A DNA stretch of 64,000 nt from an uncultured Alphaproteobacteria bacterium (GTDB lineage: Bacteria > Pseudomonadota > Alphaproteobacteria > Rhizobiales > Hyphomicrobiaceae). The stretch is taken from NCBI GenBank assembly GCA_963756175.1, contig CAVWMR010000004.1, positions 174,637-238,636 of the forward strand, read 5' to 3'. Shown one piece after another: positions 41,510 through 51,648 of this stretch; positions within the stretch are counted from its first letter, which is position 1, and each line of letters starts with the position of its first letter. The notes beneath the pieces are model-generated. The model searched no databases and was not told the origin of the DNA. It saw only the letters and a program-made list of their open reading frames with translations. Made by a program: the position numbers and the translations under genes.

Positions 41510-41879
41510 GCCGAATCCTCCCAAGGATTTCTGAATTTCCGTGGCTCGTTCGACCACCGTTTTCCGCCCGTCAGTTAGCCTGACGCGACGGCTCAATCAT
41601 TGTAGCCGATTACCCATTCCACCGAGCAACTACATCACACTAGAGCGAGACCACCACCCGCCTCGATATCCGTGGGTCTGCTTTTTCGCTGTCCGATCAG
41701 CTACGCGCCCCGGCGAAATGCCAGTGTGGCCGCGCCGACACGGCCCCGAGAGCACAAACACAATTTTACTTATTCGCACGCTACTACCGTAGCTTGCTCG
41801 TGTAACCTCATTTCGCATATCAACTTTGATTGCCGCAGCGTTTCTCCGACGCAAGTACATCTTATTGACGGAGCCGGTC

Positions 41880-42365
41880 ATGCGCTCACCGCGGTCACTG
41901 CGCAAAAATGATCGTGGCGCGACTATGCTCGAATTTTCGCTGGTCGCGTTCCCGATCCTTATGCTCCTGATGGGCACATTCGAGATGGGCTTCATCTATT
42001 GGGGCACCAAGGAGCTCGAGAACGCTACGGGAACCGGCGCCCGTTTCGTGCGCATCGGTCAGGCGCAGCAGGACAACTGGTCGTCGAGCGACCTCAAAGC
42101 CGAGATCTGCCGACGAACCTCCATCCTTTACGATTGCCCGACCAGACTGCGCATTGACGTCGTGAGTGCAGCGAGCTTTGCGGCCTTCGCCCCAGTTGAG
42201 CCCCTCGACGACTCCGGCAATCTGAAGAGCGATGCCAGTTTCAGCTTCTCGCCCGGAGGCCGCAACGACGTGGTGCTCGTGCGAACCTTTTATCCGTGGA
42301 CCCGGCTGTGGGGCAGCCGCCACCTTTTGCGTGCGGCGGCGCCGGTTCGCAATGAACCGTTCTGA
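41880..42365 (+). CDS. TadE-like pilus assembly protein (pseudopilin-like)
   Basis: N-terminus ...RKNDRGATMLEFSLVAFPILMLLMGTFEMG matches the TadE N-terminal motif (ERGAxAxEFAL..P). Confidence 0.65.
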   Translation: MRSPRSLRKNDRGATMLEFSLVAFPILMLLMGTFEMGFIYWGTKELENATGTGARFVRIGQAQQDNWSSSDLKAEICRRTSILYDCPTRLRIDVVSAASFAAFAPVEPLDDSGNLKSDASFSFSPGGRNDVVLVRTFYPWTRLWGSRHLLRAAAPVRNEPF

Positions 42366-42377
42366 ATACGAGCGAGG

Positions 42378-42965
42378 ATGCGAATGACCGGATGGTTGAG
42401 CAGGCGATCGAGATTAGCGGGCCGACGATGGCGCCGGTTCTCGCGCTTCCGTGCGGATCAGCGCGGTCACGCCCTTCTCGAAGCCGCACTTCTCTTCACA
42501 TTCTTGCCGTTTCTATTTCTGGGCGTCTCGGAGTTTTCCGAGGCGGACATGGTCCTGCGGCGCCTGGACGAGGCCACTGGCAAGAGTGCCGACCTCATCG
42601 CGCGGGTGGATAGTGTGTCGCCGGGAGAACTCGACGCGCTTAAAGACAACGTGATCAACGAGCTCATGAGGCCGTTTCCGACCGCGGCCTTCAACGTCAC
42701 GTTGACCAGCGTCGTGACGGACCGGGACGGCCGCTCGACTGTCGCTTGGAGCCATTCGCGTGGCGGTTCGAGCGCGGCGCGCGCTGTCGGATCGGCGGTG
42801 GTACTTCCGGCAGGACTCGCCGAACCCTCAACCAGCGTCATCATGGCGGAGAGCGCGACCCGTTTCGCGTCAACCTTCGGCACAATGATTGTAGGCCCTC
42901 GCACAATGACTGGCGCGTCGTATTCGGCTCCGAGACGCGGCGGTCAGGTCGCCATGCGGCCTTAG
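42378..42965 (+). CDS. TadE/TadF-like pilus assembly protein
   Basis: N-terminus ...RADQRGHALLEAALLFTFLPFLFLGVSEFSE. Confidence 0.55.
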   Translation: MRMTGWLSRRSRLAGRRWRRFSRFRADQRGHALLEAALLFTFLPFLFLGVSEFSEADMVLRRLDEATGKSADLIARVDSVSPGELDALKDNVINELMRPFPTAAFNVTLTSVVTDRDGRSTVAWSHSRGGSSAARAVGSAVVLPAGLAEPSTSVIMAESATRFASTFGTMIVGPRTMTGASYSAPRRGGQVAMRP

Positions 42966-43265
42966 CACGCGCCCCTCATACGCGAGCCCCACCGCTGCCA
43001 CATTTTCGCTTCGTCCCGTCCTCCGATGCTGAATCAACCTCCGGCCATAATAATCTGAATATACTGATGAATTTTAGACACACCATGGCGTGACCAATAA
43101 TTGACAGCATCCAAGCCCTATAATCTATTGATATAGCCAATCATTTTAATGTCGTACGCGTCCTGTCCATCGCGCGCTCGAGCACAAAACACCACGTTTC
43201 GCGCGCTCTTTCCCGCCATTGACGACCAATACAACCCTGGTTCAGCATCCGAGAGCCTCGACACT

Positions 43266-43298
43266 CTGTGGACAATCTGTGGACAAGCTTTTGACAAG
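43266..43298. repeat. Three tandem 11-bp direct repeats (CTGTGGACAAT / CTGTGGACAAG / CTTTTGACAAG) about 150 bp upstream of flp; candidate regulator-binding array
   Basis: Seen directly. The period is about one helical turn. Confidence 0.5.
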
Positions 43299-43442
43299 AT
43301 TGCGAGCGGGGCACGGGGAATTGGCTGGATGGGGGAACGGAATTGCACCGCCCTCCGGGGCAAACCGCCCGGGACGCCGCCGTTGGGCAGCCCCCGGACA
43401 TTAAACCCGCCGGCGCGATCTTTGTCATACGGAGTTGTCGAA

Positions 43443-43625
43443 ATGGTCTCGCGTCTTAACAGTGAACTCGCCCGGCTCGCTCGCGACGAACGGGGTGCCT
43501 CCCTTTTGGAATACACGATCCTCCTCGCCCTCATCACTGCTGGCGCCGTCGCCTCGGTGACCAGTGTCGGCACCTGGGTGGGAACCAAGTGGACCGAACT
43601 CAGGACGGCCCTCGGCATCACCTGA
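43443..43625 (+). CDS. flp: Flp-family type IVb pilin
   Basis: The 61-aa product is MVSRLNSELARLARDERGASLLEYTILLALITAGAVASVTSVGTWVGTKWTELRTALGIT, with a prepilin cleavage-region G/ASLLEY. A GGAG RBS precedes it. The 158-aa track ORF 43149..43625 is an over-extension. Confidence 0.75.
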   Translation: MVSRLNSELARLARDERGASLLEYTILLALITAGAVASVTSVGTWVGTKWTELRTALGIT

Positions 43626-43635
43626 GACGAGCATT

Positions 43636-43705
43636 CCGGCACGGGCTCCGCGTCGACGGGGTCCGTGCCGCACGACCAACCGTTCTTTTTGATGTTTCGT
43701 TTATT
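43636..43705 (+). terminator. Stem-loop plus T-rich tract immediately after flp (attenuator/terminator-like)
   Basis: CGGCACGG ... CCGTGCCG (8-bp stem, 18-nt loop containing GTCGAC) followed by TTCTTTTTGATGTTTCGTTTATTTT. Confidence 0.35.
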
Positions 43706-43719
43706 TTGAGGGGGCGAAC

Positions 43720-44727
43720 GTGCGCTCAAGCACAGTGCTCATGCTCGGCGGCGCCACCATTTGCGCCCTGATCGCGACAAGCCTCACGGCCAGCCTTTTG
43801 AACACGGATCGTCCCAAGCCGGCGCCGGTTGCAGCACCGATTGCCCCGCCCGCGCCTGAGATCCGAAAGATCGTTGTCGCGGCGCGTCCATTGCCTTTCG
43901 GGACGCTGTTGACGTCCGATTCCTTGAAGGAGATTCCCTGGCCGAACGACCTCGACCTGCCAGGCACATTCACGGCCGCAGCCAAGCTCGCCCTCGAGCA
44001 GCGGACCGTGTTGTCTGCGATCGGCGAGAATGAGCCGATCCTTCAATCGCGCCTGAGCGCTCCTGGACAATCCGCAACCTTCTCGGCTCTGATCCGCAAT
44101 GGCCTCACGGCTGTCACCATCCGCGTCGACGACGTGATGGGCGTGGCGGGCCTCGTGCAGCCCGAGGATCATGTCAACGTACTGCTCACGCAGAACCATG
44201 GCGCCGCAGGCGGTCCGAAGGGCGACGCCTACAGCGCAACGCTGCTGCAAAACGTCCGCGTGCTAGCGGTGGACCAGACGATCGATCGCACGCGCCAGAT
44301 TAAGCCGGCCAGAGCGGTGACTCTTGAGGTGGACCTCGAGCAAGCGCAAAAACTGACACTCGCCGCGAGCGTCGGGCAATTATCGCTCGCACTCCGCAAG
44401 GCGGGATCCACTGCACGGGCCGATATCAAACGCAGCGAACTGTCCGATCTGCCGCGTCAACCCCTAGTCCCTCAAGCCGTCGTCGAGACGGCCAAGAGCG
44501 AGACACCTCCGGCGGTCGTCGTAACGCGGGGCACGGATCGCACGATTTACGACGTGCTCGTGGACGGCAGCACGGACGTGCATCGCGTTGCAGCCGTCCG
44601 ACGCGAACAGGCCGCGCCGCTGCCCTCAGGTCGCGCACTACCAGTGCTCGTAACGCGGTCGGAACGCGGCACATCCGACAAACCCGCCAGTGAAGACGAT
44701 ACGCAGGAGGCTGTGGTTCCCCGTTGA
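43720..44727 (+). CDS. cpaB: Flp pilus assembly protein CpaB (RcpC)
   Basis: GTG start after GAGGGGG. N-terminal TM, an SAF-like domain and a Pro/Ala-rich linker. Confidence 0.75.
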   Translation: MRSSTVLMLGGATICALIATSLTASLLNTDRPKPAPVAAPIAPPAPEIRKIVVAARPLPFGTLLTSDSLKEIPWPNDLDLPGTFTAAAKLALEQRTVLSAIGENEPILQSRLSAPGQSATFSALIRNGLTAVTIRVDDVMGVAGLVQPEDHVNVLLTQNHGAAGGPKGDAYSATLLQNVRVLAVDQTIDRTRQIKPARAVTLEVDLEQAQKLTLAASVGQLSLALRKAGSTARADIKRSELSDLPRQPLVPQAVVETAKSETPPAVVVTRGTDRTIYDVLVDGSTDVHRVAAVRREQAAPLPSGRALPVLVTRSERGTSDKPASEDDTQEAVVPR

Positions 44728-46228
44728 GGGCATTGCCGCCAACGACGATGCGGTTAAAAACTATGGGGTTCGTGTTTTGTCTTTATTGTCATTTGTATTG
44801 AGAGATCGGGCCGACCAGAGCAAGTCGAGTAGCGCAGGGCCGATTGCCGCGCTCCTCGCGACGGCAGCTATTTTCATTGTCGCGATTTCTGCTCTACCCG
44901 CTTTTGCCTCGGCTCCGATCCGCAAGGTCGCAACCAACGGCGAGCACGTCCATCTCAACGTCGTCGTCAGCCGCGCCGTCACGCTCGCAACGGATGCGCG
45001 GATGTCCGAGATCCTGATCGGAAACCCCGAAATTGCCGATGTCGTCACGCTGACCGACCGCACACTCTATGTGCTCGGAAAGAAGATCGGCATCACCACC
45101 GTTTCGGTCCTCAACGATCAGAAGCGAATCTTAGCCGTCCTGAGTGTCGAGGTGACCTTCGACATCGATGGATTGCGCAAAAGCCTGATCGCTCACGTGC
45201 CCAACTCCAACGTCCAGGTGGCCAGCGTCAACGGAAAGGTGCTGCTCACGGGTACCGTGAACGATGCGACGACGCTGGCGCGCGCCATAGCCATCGCCGA
45301 ACAGTACGCCCCGGGCGCCGTGACCAACGGACTGACGGTGCGTGGCTCGCAGCAGGTTCTCCTCGAGGTCCGCTTCGTCGAGGCAAGTCGCGATTCCGCC
45401 CGCGATCTCGGCATCGCGTGGGATGCGGTCGGCAAAAGATTCGCGCTGTCGACGGGTATCACCGGCCTTGCTTCGAACAGCCTGCCGTTCGGCGCGGCGG
45501 TCGCCACACTTCTCGACGGTGGCACCAAGGTCGATCTACTGATCCAGGCCCTCGAAAAACGTGGCCATGCGCGCCGCCTGGCCGAACCCAACCTCGTTGC
45601 ACTGTCGGGTGACACCGCCAACTTCCTGGCCGGCGGCGAGTTCCCCTTCCCGGTACAGAACACTGCGGTCAATGGCAGCAATCTCCTCACCGTCGAGTTC
45701 AAGAAATTCGGCGTCGGCCTCGCATTCACGCCGACCGTACTCGGCGACGGCCTGATCAATCTCAAGATCGAGCCGGAAGTCAGCGAGATCGATCCAACGA
45801 CGACACTCCGCGTCGGTGGCGTCGAGATCCCGAGCTTGAGCGTCCGCCGCGCGAAGACGACCATTGAACTCCGCGATGGCCAGAGCTTCGCAATGGCGGG
45901 GCTCCTACAAAGTGCGCAAATCAACAATCAGAGCCAACTGCCGTGGATCGGCCAGGTGCCCGTACTCGGCACTCTGCTCCGCAGCGCCGCTTTCCAAAAG
46001 AAAGAGACCGATCTGGTCATCATCGTCACGCCGCGCCTGGTGAAGCCGCGGCGGCCCGGCGATGCGCTGCCCGCGACACCACTCGACGGAAAAGTGCCGG
46101 CCAACGACCGCGAGTTCTTCATCGGCGGTCGCAGCGAGATCAAGATCGGCAAGCCCGACCCGCTACGCGGCCATATCCTGGATCTCACCGCCGAGATCGC
46201 AATTTCCGATCGCAAAGGGGCGAAGTGA
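44690..46228 (+). CDS. cpaC: Flp pilus secretin CpaC (RcpA, type II/III secretin family)
   Basis: Signal peptide ...AALLATAAIFIVAISALPAFA, a BON/secretin N-domain and a C-terminal secretin domain (...PWIGQVPVLGTLLRSAAFQKKETDLVIIVTPRLV). The true start is uncertain; the ORF as given overlaps cpaB by 38 nt. Confidence 0.8.
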   Translation: MKTIRRRLWFPVEGIAANDDAVKNYGVRVLSLLSFVLRDRADQSKSSSAGPIAALLATAAIFIVAISALPAFASAPIRKVATNGEHVHLNVVVSRAVTLATDARMSEILIGNPEIADVVTLTDRTLYVLGKKIGITTVSVLNDQKRILAVLSVEVTFDIDGLRKSLIAHVPNSNVQVASVNGKVLLTGTVNDATTLARAIAIAEQYAPGAVTNGLTVRGSQQVLLEVRFVEASRDSARDLGIAWDAVGKRFALSTGITGLASNSLPFGAAVATLLDGGTKVDLLIQALEKRGHARRLAEPNLVALSGDTANFLAGGEFPFPVQNTAVNGSNLLTVEFKKFGVGLAFTPTVLGDGLINLKIEPEVSEIDPTTTLRVGGVEIPSLSVRRAKTTIELRDGQSFAMAGLLQSAQINNQSQLPWIGQVPVLGTLLRSAAFQKKETDLVIIVTPRLVKPRRPGDALPATPLDGKVPANDREFFIGGRSEIKIGKPDPLRGHILDLTAEIAISDRKGAK

Positions 46229-46229
46229 C

Positions 46230-46565
46230 ATGCGCTTGATCTTCCGCCCTCATCGCTCAGCACTTCTTGCCGGAATCGCAGCTCTCTCACTCGGTGGATG
46301 TGCAGAGAGCGACCTCCACCAGTATCTCGGTCACACCGATACGCTCACGGTCGGCGCTGGCAACGCGCAAGCCGCCAACAGGGCGATCCATGAAGTGGAT
46401 CATTGGCCAGAGACGAGCCGCAGGACCCAGATCGACCTCGATGGCCGTCGCGCGGCGCTCGCCGTCAAGCGCTATCAGAGAAACGAGAGCCTCGAACCGA
46501 AGGGCCTCACCAAGCGCGACATCAGCATTTCCGGGTCGGAGACCGGAGCCGCCGTCAAGCAATAG
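46230..46565 (+). CDS. Small lipoprotein in the CpaD position of the tad locus
   Basis: MRLIFRPHRSALLAGIAALSLGGCAES..., with lipobox LGGC. Only 111 aa. Confidence 0.4.
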   Translation: MRLIFRPHRSALLAGIAALSLGGCAESDLHQYLGHTDTLTVGAGNAQAANRAIHEVDHWPETSRRTQIDLDGRRAALAVKRYQRNESLEPKGLTKRDISISGSETGAAVKQ

Positions 46566-46603
46566 CGAGGACGCGCGTCACAAGCGATTGGAAGTATCGA
46601 ATC

Positions 46604-47791
46604 ATGTTCGCGTTAAGAGCAGGTCGCCAGCTCAAGCCAGCCGGTAGTGAGGTCAGAAGGGTCGCGGTCGTAAGCCCGGATCAGGCGTTCCGCGCGCTTC
46701 AGTGCCGGAACCTCGCCCATCATCACGATTTTGCGATCGATGGTACCGATACTGCCAGTTATGAGGCGCTCTATCAGGCGCGACCTGTGCCCGACATCAT
46801 TCTCGTCGACATCGATGCCGATCGCGCCGCGGCGATGGCGGCAATCGAGAGATGGCATGCCAACGGGCAGCCTGGCTCCATCATCACCTTCTCTCGTACG
46901 CTCGATGAGACGAGCCTGCGCACGCTGTTGCGGGTTGGCGTCAAGGACTGGCTGCCGCTCGATGCCGATGCTGCAAGCGTACTCGCCGCCTGCGAAGCGA
47001 CCGCTAGCCGACCGCGCGCGACACGCTCCGGCGACCTCGCATGCTTTGCCTTCATCCCGGCAGCCGGCGGCGTCGGCAATACCACGCTCGTCATCGAGAC
47101 GGCATTCCTGTTGGCGCGGGGCGATCGCCCCCTCGGTCGCACGTGCCTCGTCGACCTGAATTTTCAAGCGGGCGCGCTCGCCGATCATCTCGGCGTGACG
47201 CCGGCATTCGATGTCAAAGCGCTGCTGAAGGATCCGGAGCGCCTCGACTCGCAACTTCTCGATGCAATGCTCGCGCGACATTCTTCGGGCCTCGCCGTGA
47301 TGGCCGCGCCCAGGAGTCCCGCCGAGCATTTCCCGATCACCGCCGCATGTGTGGTGCGGGTGTTGGATCTGGCTTCGCAGATGTTCGATACGCTGCTGAT
47401 CGACATGCCCCCGATGTGGATGCCTTATAGCGATCACGTGGTGGCCGGGTGCGATCGCGTCTTCATCGTCACCGAGCCCTCGGTTCCGGCCCTGCATCGG
47501 GCGCGGAACATCGCTGAGGTGCTGCCGAAGAAGATGGCCGAGAACGCGCGCGTTCGCGTCATCGTCAACAAGTGGCGGCGAGAGTTCCTCGGCGCGGCGC
47601 TGAGCAAGCGCGACGCAGAACAGGTTCTCAACGGCTACCTGGCTGGTTTTCTGCCGGAAGACGGCGCGCTCGTTCGCGACGCAATCAACCGTGGTGAGCA
47701 GTTGAGCGCCACGAGCCGCACCAACAAGATCTCGCGTGAACTTGCACGCATCGTGACCGCCGAGGCGATGCCTCAAGCGGTCCATCCATAG
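46604..47791 (+). CDS. cpaE: CpaE: pilus-assembly ParA/MinD-like ATPase with an N-terminal receiver-like domain
   Basis: Deviant Walker A region ...FIPAAGGVGNTTLVIETAFLLAR. Confidence 0.75.
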   Translation: MFALRAGRQLKPAGSEVRRVAVVSPDQAFRALQCRNLAHHHDFAIDGTDTASYEALYQARPVPDIILVDIDADRAAAMAAIERWHANGQPGSIITFSRTLDETSLRTLLRVGVKDWLPLDADAASVLAACEATASRPRATRSGDLACFAFIPAAGGVGNTTLVIETAFLLARGDRPLGRTCLVDLNFQAGALADHLGVTPAFDVKALLKDPERLDSQLLDAMLARHSSGLAVMAAPRSPAEHFPITAACVVRVLDLASQMFDTLLIDMPPMWMPYSDHVVAGCDRVFIVTEPSVPALHRARNIAEVLPKKMAENARVRVIVNKWRREFLGAALSKRDAEQVLNGYLAGFLPEDGALVRDAINRGEQLSATSRTNKISRELARIVTAEAMPQAVHP

Positions 47792-47806
47792 CCGAGGCTC
47801 GAACGG

Positions 47807-49201
47807 ATGCGTTTCTCTCTGCGAGGTCGGGACATTGGCAACGGTGTTGCTGAACACACCGTGAGCCTGGACGTCGACAGCGTAGCGCGGAGTGTGTCTG
47901 CTCTTGAGACGCAGGAGGGCGGGCGCTCAGCGCTCAATCGGCCCGAGCTTATTGCAGCAAAACTTCGTCTGCACCGAAAGTTGATCGACGAGATCAACCT
48001 TGCCCAGCTCGACCGCATGTCGCGTGCCGAAATTCGCCCGACGGTTCTCGGCCTGCTCGAGGCAAATGAGCGCGTGCCGCTCAATACCCGCGAGCTCGGC
48101 TTGTTCGTTGACGAGGTCATTGATGAGCTGACCGGTCTCGGTCCGCTCGAACCGCTGCTCAAGGACCCGACGATCTCGGACATCCTCATCAACACACACG
48201 AGTCTGTTTACGTCGAGCGCGGCGGCGTTCTCGAACCGGCAGCCGTACGTTTCAAGGACGAAGCGCACGTCCTGCGGATCGTGAACAAGATCGTTGCGGC
48301 AGTTGGCCGGCGCGTCGATAAATCCTCGCCTATGGTCGACGCGCGGCTTCAGGATGGCTCGCGCATCAATGCGGCGATCCGTCCGGTGGCCGTCGACGGA
48401 CCTCTCGTCTCAATCCGCAAGTTCGCAAAACAGGCATTCGATCTCACCCGCCTTGTCGAAAACGCCACGCTGAAACAGCCGATGGCGGCACTGCTGCGCG
48501 AGGCGGTCAAAGGCCGCCTCTCCATGATGGTCAGCGGGGGCACAGGCAGCGGCAAGACGACACTGCTCAACGCCCTCTCTCGCTTCATATCGAACCGCGA
48601 GCGCATCATCACCATCGAGGACGCTGCCGAGTTGCAGCTCCAGCAGCCGCACGTCGGCCGCCTCGAAACCCGCCCACCCAATCTGGAAGGCAAGGGCGAA
48701 ATCCGCCAGCGCGAGTTGGTCAAGAACGCTCTGCGCATGCGGCCGGATCGCATTCTCATCGGCGAGGTTCGCGGCGAGGAAGCGTTCGACATGCTCAACG
48801 CGATGAACACGGGCCACGAGGGCTCGCTCACCACCATTCATGCCAACAGCGCCCGCGATGCGATCGCAAGGCTCGAGCAAATGGTCGCCATGGCCGGATT
48901 GAACATGTCCGAGCATGCGGTGCGGGCGCACATCGCCTCGGCCATTCGGATCATCGTCCAGATGCAGCGCCTGCACGATGGGCAACGCAAGATCACGAGC
49001 ATTCACGAGATCACGGGACTGGAAGGTTCGGTGATCCAGATGCAGGAGCTGTACAGGTTCGTGCGCACGGGGGCGGATCAAGCGGGCGCGATCAAGGGCG
49101 AGTTCCGCGCCACCGGATTGCGGCCAAGTTTTCTCGAAGCGCTCGTCCTCAATGGTGCCAATCCCGACGAAATCAACCTGGATCCGGGGAGGCCGCTGTG
49201 A
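47807..49201 (+). CDS. cpaF: CpaF/TadA secretion ATPase
   Basis: Walker A GGTGSGKTTLLNAL, Walker B ILIGEVRGEEAF, His box TIHANSARDA. Confidence 0.9.
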   Translation: MRFSLRGRDIGNGVAEHTVSLDVDSVARSVSALETQEGGRSALNRPELIAAKLRLHRKLIDEINLAQLDRMSRAEIRPTVLGLLEANERVPLNTRELGLFVDEVIDELTGLGPLEPLLKDPTISDILINTHESVYVERGGVLEPAAVRFKDEAHVLRIVNKIVAAVGRRVDKSSPMVDARLQDGSRINAAIRPVAVDGPLVSIRKFAKQAFDLTRLVENATLKQPMAALLREAVKGRLSMMVSGGTGSGKTTLLNALSRFISNRERIITIEDAAELQLQQPHVGRLETRPPNLEGKGEIRQRELVKNALRMRPDRILIGEVRGEEAFDMLNAMNTGHEGSLTTIHANSARDAIARLEQMVAMAGLNMSEHAVRAHIASAIRIIVQMQRLHDGQRKITSIHEITGLEGSVIQMQELYRFVRTGADQAGAIKGEFRATGLRPSFLEALVLNGANPDEINLDPGRPL

Positions 49202-50139
49202 TCCAGGCACTCGCCTCGCCGACGGCGATGTATTTCGTGATTTTCGCCTGCTATCTGCTCGCGATTCAGGGCGTCGTGGTGTCCTACGCGCGATACGCGT
49301 CGCAGCGCAATCTCATCAAGTCGCGTCTTCAAACCGGCCTCGACACGGCTCGCCATGCACGCCCCGCATCGGGCAACCGTAGCTCGTCGCTCCCGCTTCG
49401 GCGGCAGCTCACAAGCAGCGTTGTCCGCGCCGGATTGAGTCCAAAATCGCAGTTCGTACCGATCTGCGCGATCGGCGGCGGGCTCGCGGTGTTCGTGCCA
49501 TTATTAGCGTTCGGGCTGCCGCCTTGGCTCGCTGCGTCGCTCTCGCCCGTCGCCGCCATCGTCGCGCCGATCATCGGCCTCAAGATCATGCGCATCCGCT
49601 ACCTCAGAGCGTTCGAGGCGCAGCTCCCCGAGGCCATCGACACACTTATCCGCAGCCTGCGGGCCGGCCATCCCGTATCAGCGTCACTTCGATTGGTCCG
49701 CAATCTCCCCTCGCCCATCGGCGAAGCTTTCGCCATCGTCAGCGACGAGGTGACATACGGACTCGATCTCGAAACGGCGATGCGGAACATGCAGGTGCGC
49801 GTCGACCAGCAGGATGTGGCGCTGCTCGTTTCAGCGATCAGTCTGCAGGTGAAGACGGGTGGCAACCTCGCTGAGCTGCTCGATCGCCTGTCCAAAGTGA
49901 TCCGCGAGCGCCAGCGCATGCGCCTCAAGGCCCGCGCCCTCTCCGCCGAGGCCCGCTTTTCGGCAATCGCGCTCAGCGTCCTCCCCATTCTGCTCTTCAC
50001 GTTGCTGCAGTTCATTGCGCCCGGCTTTTACGGAGGCATCTGGAAGGACTGGCTCGTCGTCCCCGCACTGTCGATTGCGGCCGTATGGCTCGTCATCGGC
50101 AACGTCATCATGTTCCGGATGGTGAGGTTCGACATATGA
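49198..50139 (+). CDS. tadB: TadB inner-membrane platform protein
   Basis: T2SSF-like domain and TM segments. Overlaps cpaF and tadC by 4 nt each. Confidence 0.8.
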   Translation: MIQALASPTAMYFVIFACYLLAIQGVVVSYARYASQRNLIKSRLQTGLDTARHARPASGNRSSSLPLRRQLTSSVVRAGLSPKSQFVPICAIGGGLAVFVPLLAFGLPPWLAASLSPVAAIVAPIIGLKIMRIRYLRAFEAQLPEAIDTLIRSLRAGHPVSASLRLVRNLPSPIGEAFAIVSDEVTYGLDLETAMRNMQVRVDQQDVALLVSAISLQVKTGGNLAELLDRLSKVIRERQRMRLKARALSAEARFSAIALSVLPILLFTLLQFIAPGFYGGIWKDWLVVPALSIAAVWLVIGNVIMFRMVRFDI

Positions 50140-51080
50140 CCGGCATCGTCGACATGCTCGCCGCATATGGCCTTTCGCCACCCATCATGGTCGGCGCACT
50201 CATGTTCTTTGCGGTGTTCCTGGTCCTGTTCTCGATCGTGCAGATCAATCAGCACCGCCGCACGATCCGGCGCCGCGCCGTCGCCTACAATCCGGTCTCG
50301 GAAAATCCGCTCGACCCGATCGATCCCGACGCCGAGAGACTTTTTGCCATCGAACGTGCTTTTAGCCGGAGCCGTCGCGACAGGCTGTCCAAGGTGCGCG
50401 CGGACATGGTTCGAGCGGGATGGTTCGACACCGACGCCGTCGCGAACTATTACGGCGCGCGTCTTTTTCTCGGCGTGATCTTCGGACTTGCGGCAGCCGC
50501 CGTGCTGATGCGGTACAATACCGAGGCCGTACTGCCGCAATTCATCGCCGTCGGCGCGGGTGGCGCGGCTCTAGGCGCGTTTCTACCGCGCCTCGTCGTG
50601 GATGCGCGACAGCGTGCGATGCTGCGCCAATGCGAGCGTGGGTTCCCTGATTTCCTCGACCTGCTCGTCATCTGTGCCGAGGTTGGCATGCCGCCTCGCG
50701 CCGGCATCGAGCGCGTCAGCCGAGAGATCGTCCGCACCTATCCGTTTCTCGGCGCCAATCTGTTTCTGATGCATCTGCAGATTCGCGCCGGTCGGACGGT
50801 ATCGGAGACGCTCGCCTCTCTCGCTGAGCGCGTCCGGCTCGACGAAGTCTCGAAGCTCGGCGCGCTGCTACAGCAGACCGAAGCACTCGGCACCAGTGTC
50901 GCCTCGACGTTGCGCACATTCAGCGAAGAAATGCGCGCCCGGCGGATGCTTCGCGCGGAAGAAAAGGCCCACGCACTCCCGGCAAAACTCGTGGTGCCGC
51001 TCGCCCTCTTCATTTTTCCAGTCATTCTCGTTGTCGTGTTCCTGCCCGTGATCGTGCGGTCCAGGTTCATCTTCGGTTAG
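50136..51080 (+). CDS. tadC: TadC inner-membrane platform protein
   Basis: T2SSF-like; MTGIVDMLAAYGLSPPIMVGALMFFAVFLVLF... Confidence 0.8.
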   Translation: MTGIVDMLAAYGLSPPIMVGALMFFAVFLVLFSIVQINQHRRTIRRRAVAYNPVSENPLDPIDPDAERLFAIERAFSRSRRDRLSKVRADMVRAGWFDTDAVANYYGARLFLGVIFGLAAAAVLMRYNTEAVLPQFIAVGAGGAALGAFLPRLVVDARQRAMLRQCERGFPDFLDLLVICAEVGMPPRAGIERVSREIVRTYPFLGANLFLMHLQIRAGRTVSETLASLAERVRLDEVSKLGALLQQTEALGTSVASTLRTFSEEMRARRMLRAEEKAHALPAKLVVPLALFIFPVILVVVFLPVIVRSRFIFG

Positions 51081-51106
51081 TCACGGCGTTCTCAGGGAAA
51101 CCGATC

Positions 51107-51634
51107 ATGCGCAAAGACCTGATCCTCGGCATGTCCATCCTGACAGTCACCGCCGCCGTGGCCCTCGGCGGCTGCGGCGCCAGCCTCGACCAACTCACGA
51201 GCATGGCTGTCGAGAAGCCGGTCGAGCCCGCGTCATACGGCGTATGGCCATCGACGCGGCATCTCGACAAAGGAAAGTTCGCTTATCGTCAGGGTGATTT
51301 CGGGCTGGCGGCAGAGGCCTTCAGCAAGGCCGTCGAGGAGGAGAAGGACAACGCCGAAGCGTGGCTCGGCCTTGCCGCGTCCTACGACCGCCTCAAGCGC
51401 TTCGACCAGGCGCGGCGCGCCTACGACGTCGTCGTCAAGATCGTTGGGCACACGCCGACCGTCCTCAACAATCTCGGCTATCACTACTATCTCAAGGGCG
51501 ACATGGATAGCGCGCGGCGTTCGTTCGACGCGGCGTTACGTGCCGACCCCAATAACGTCGTGGCGAAGAACAATCTGGCGTTGTTCTGGGCACCGACGCC
51601 GGCGTCCGATGTGCGCCCGCGCGATCGACTTTGA
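51107..51634 (+). CDS. TPR-repeat lipoprotein (TadD-like)
   Basis: Lipobox LGGC; TPR motifs (AEAWLGLAASYDRLKRFDQARRAYD...). Confidence 0.6.
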   Translation: MRKDLILGMSILTVTAAVALGGCGASLDQLTSMAVEKPVEPASYGVWPSTRHLDKGKFAYRQGDFGLAAEAFSKAVEEEKDNAEAWLGLAASYDRLKRFDQARRAYDVVVKIVGHTPTVLNNLGYHYYLKGDMDSARRSFDAALRADPNNVVAKNNLALFWAPTPASDVRPRDRL

Positions 51635-51648
51635 GCGTCAGTCCCAGC

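Noticed and set aside
43101-43124. Perfect TTGACA and TATAAT hexamers in the flp upstream region
   Set aside because: The spacer is only 12 nt, whereas sigma70 needs 16-18, and the site lies about 320 bp upstream of the flp start. It is unlikely to be the functional promoter as such.
43149-43625. 158-aa ORF in the six-frame track
   Set aside because: Only the last 61 codons (from ATG 43443 with a GGAG RBS) form a plausible protein, the Flp pilin. The upstream part is an in-frame intergenic read-through.
46062-46565. 167-aa ORF overlapping the 3' end of cpaC
   Set aside because: A start at ATG 46230, immediately after the cpaC stop, gives a lipoprotein signal (LSLGGC). The upstream extension lies inside cpaC in another frame.
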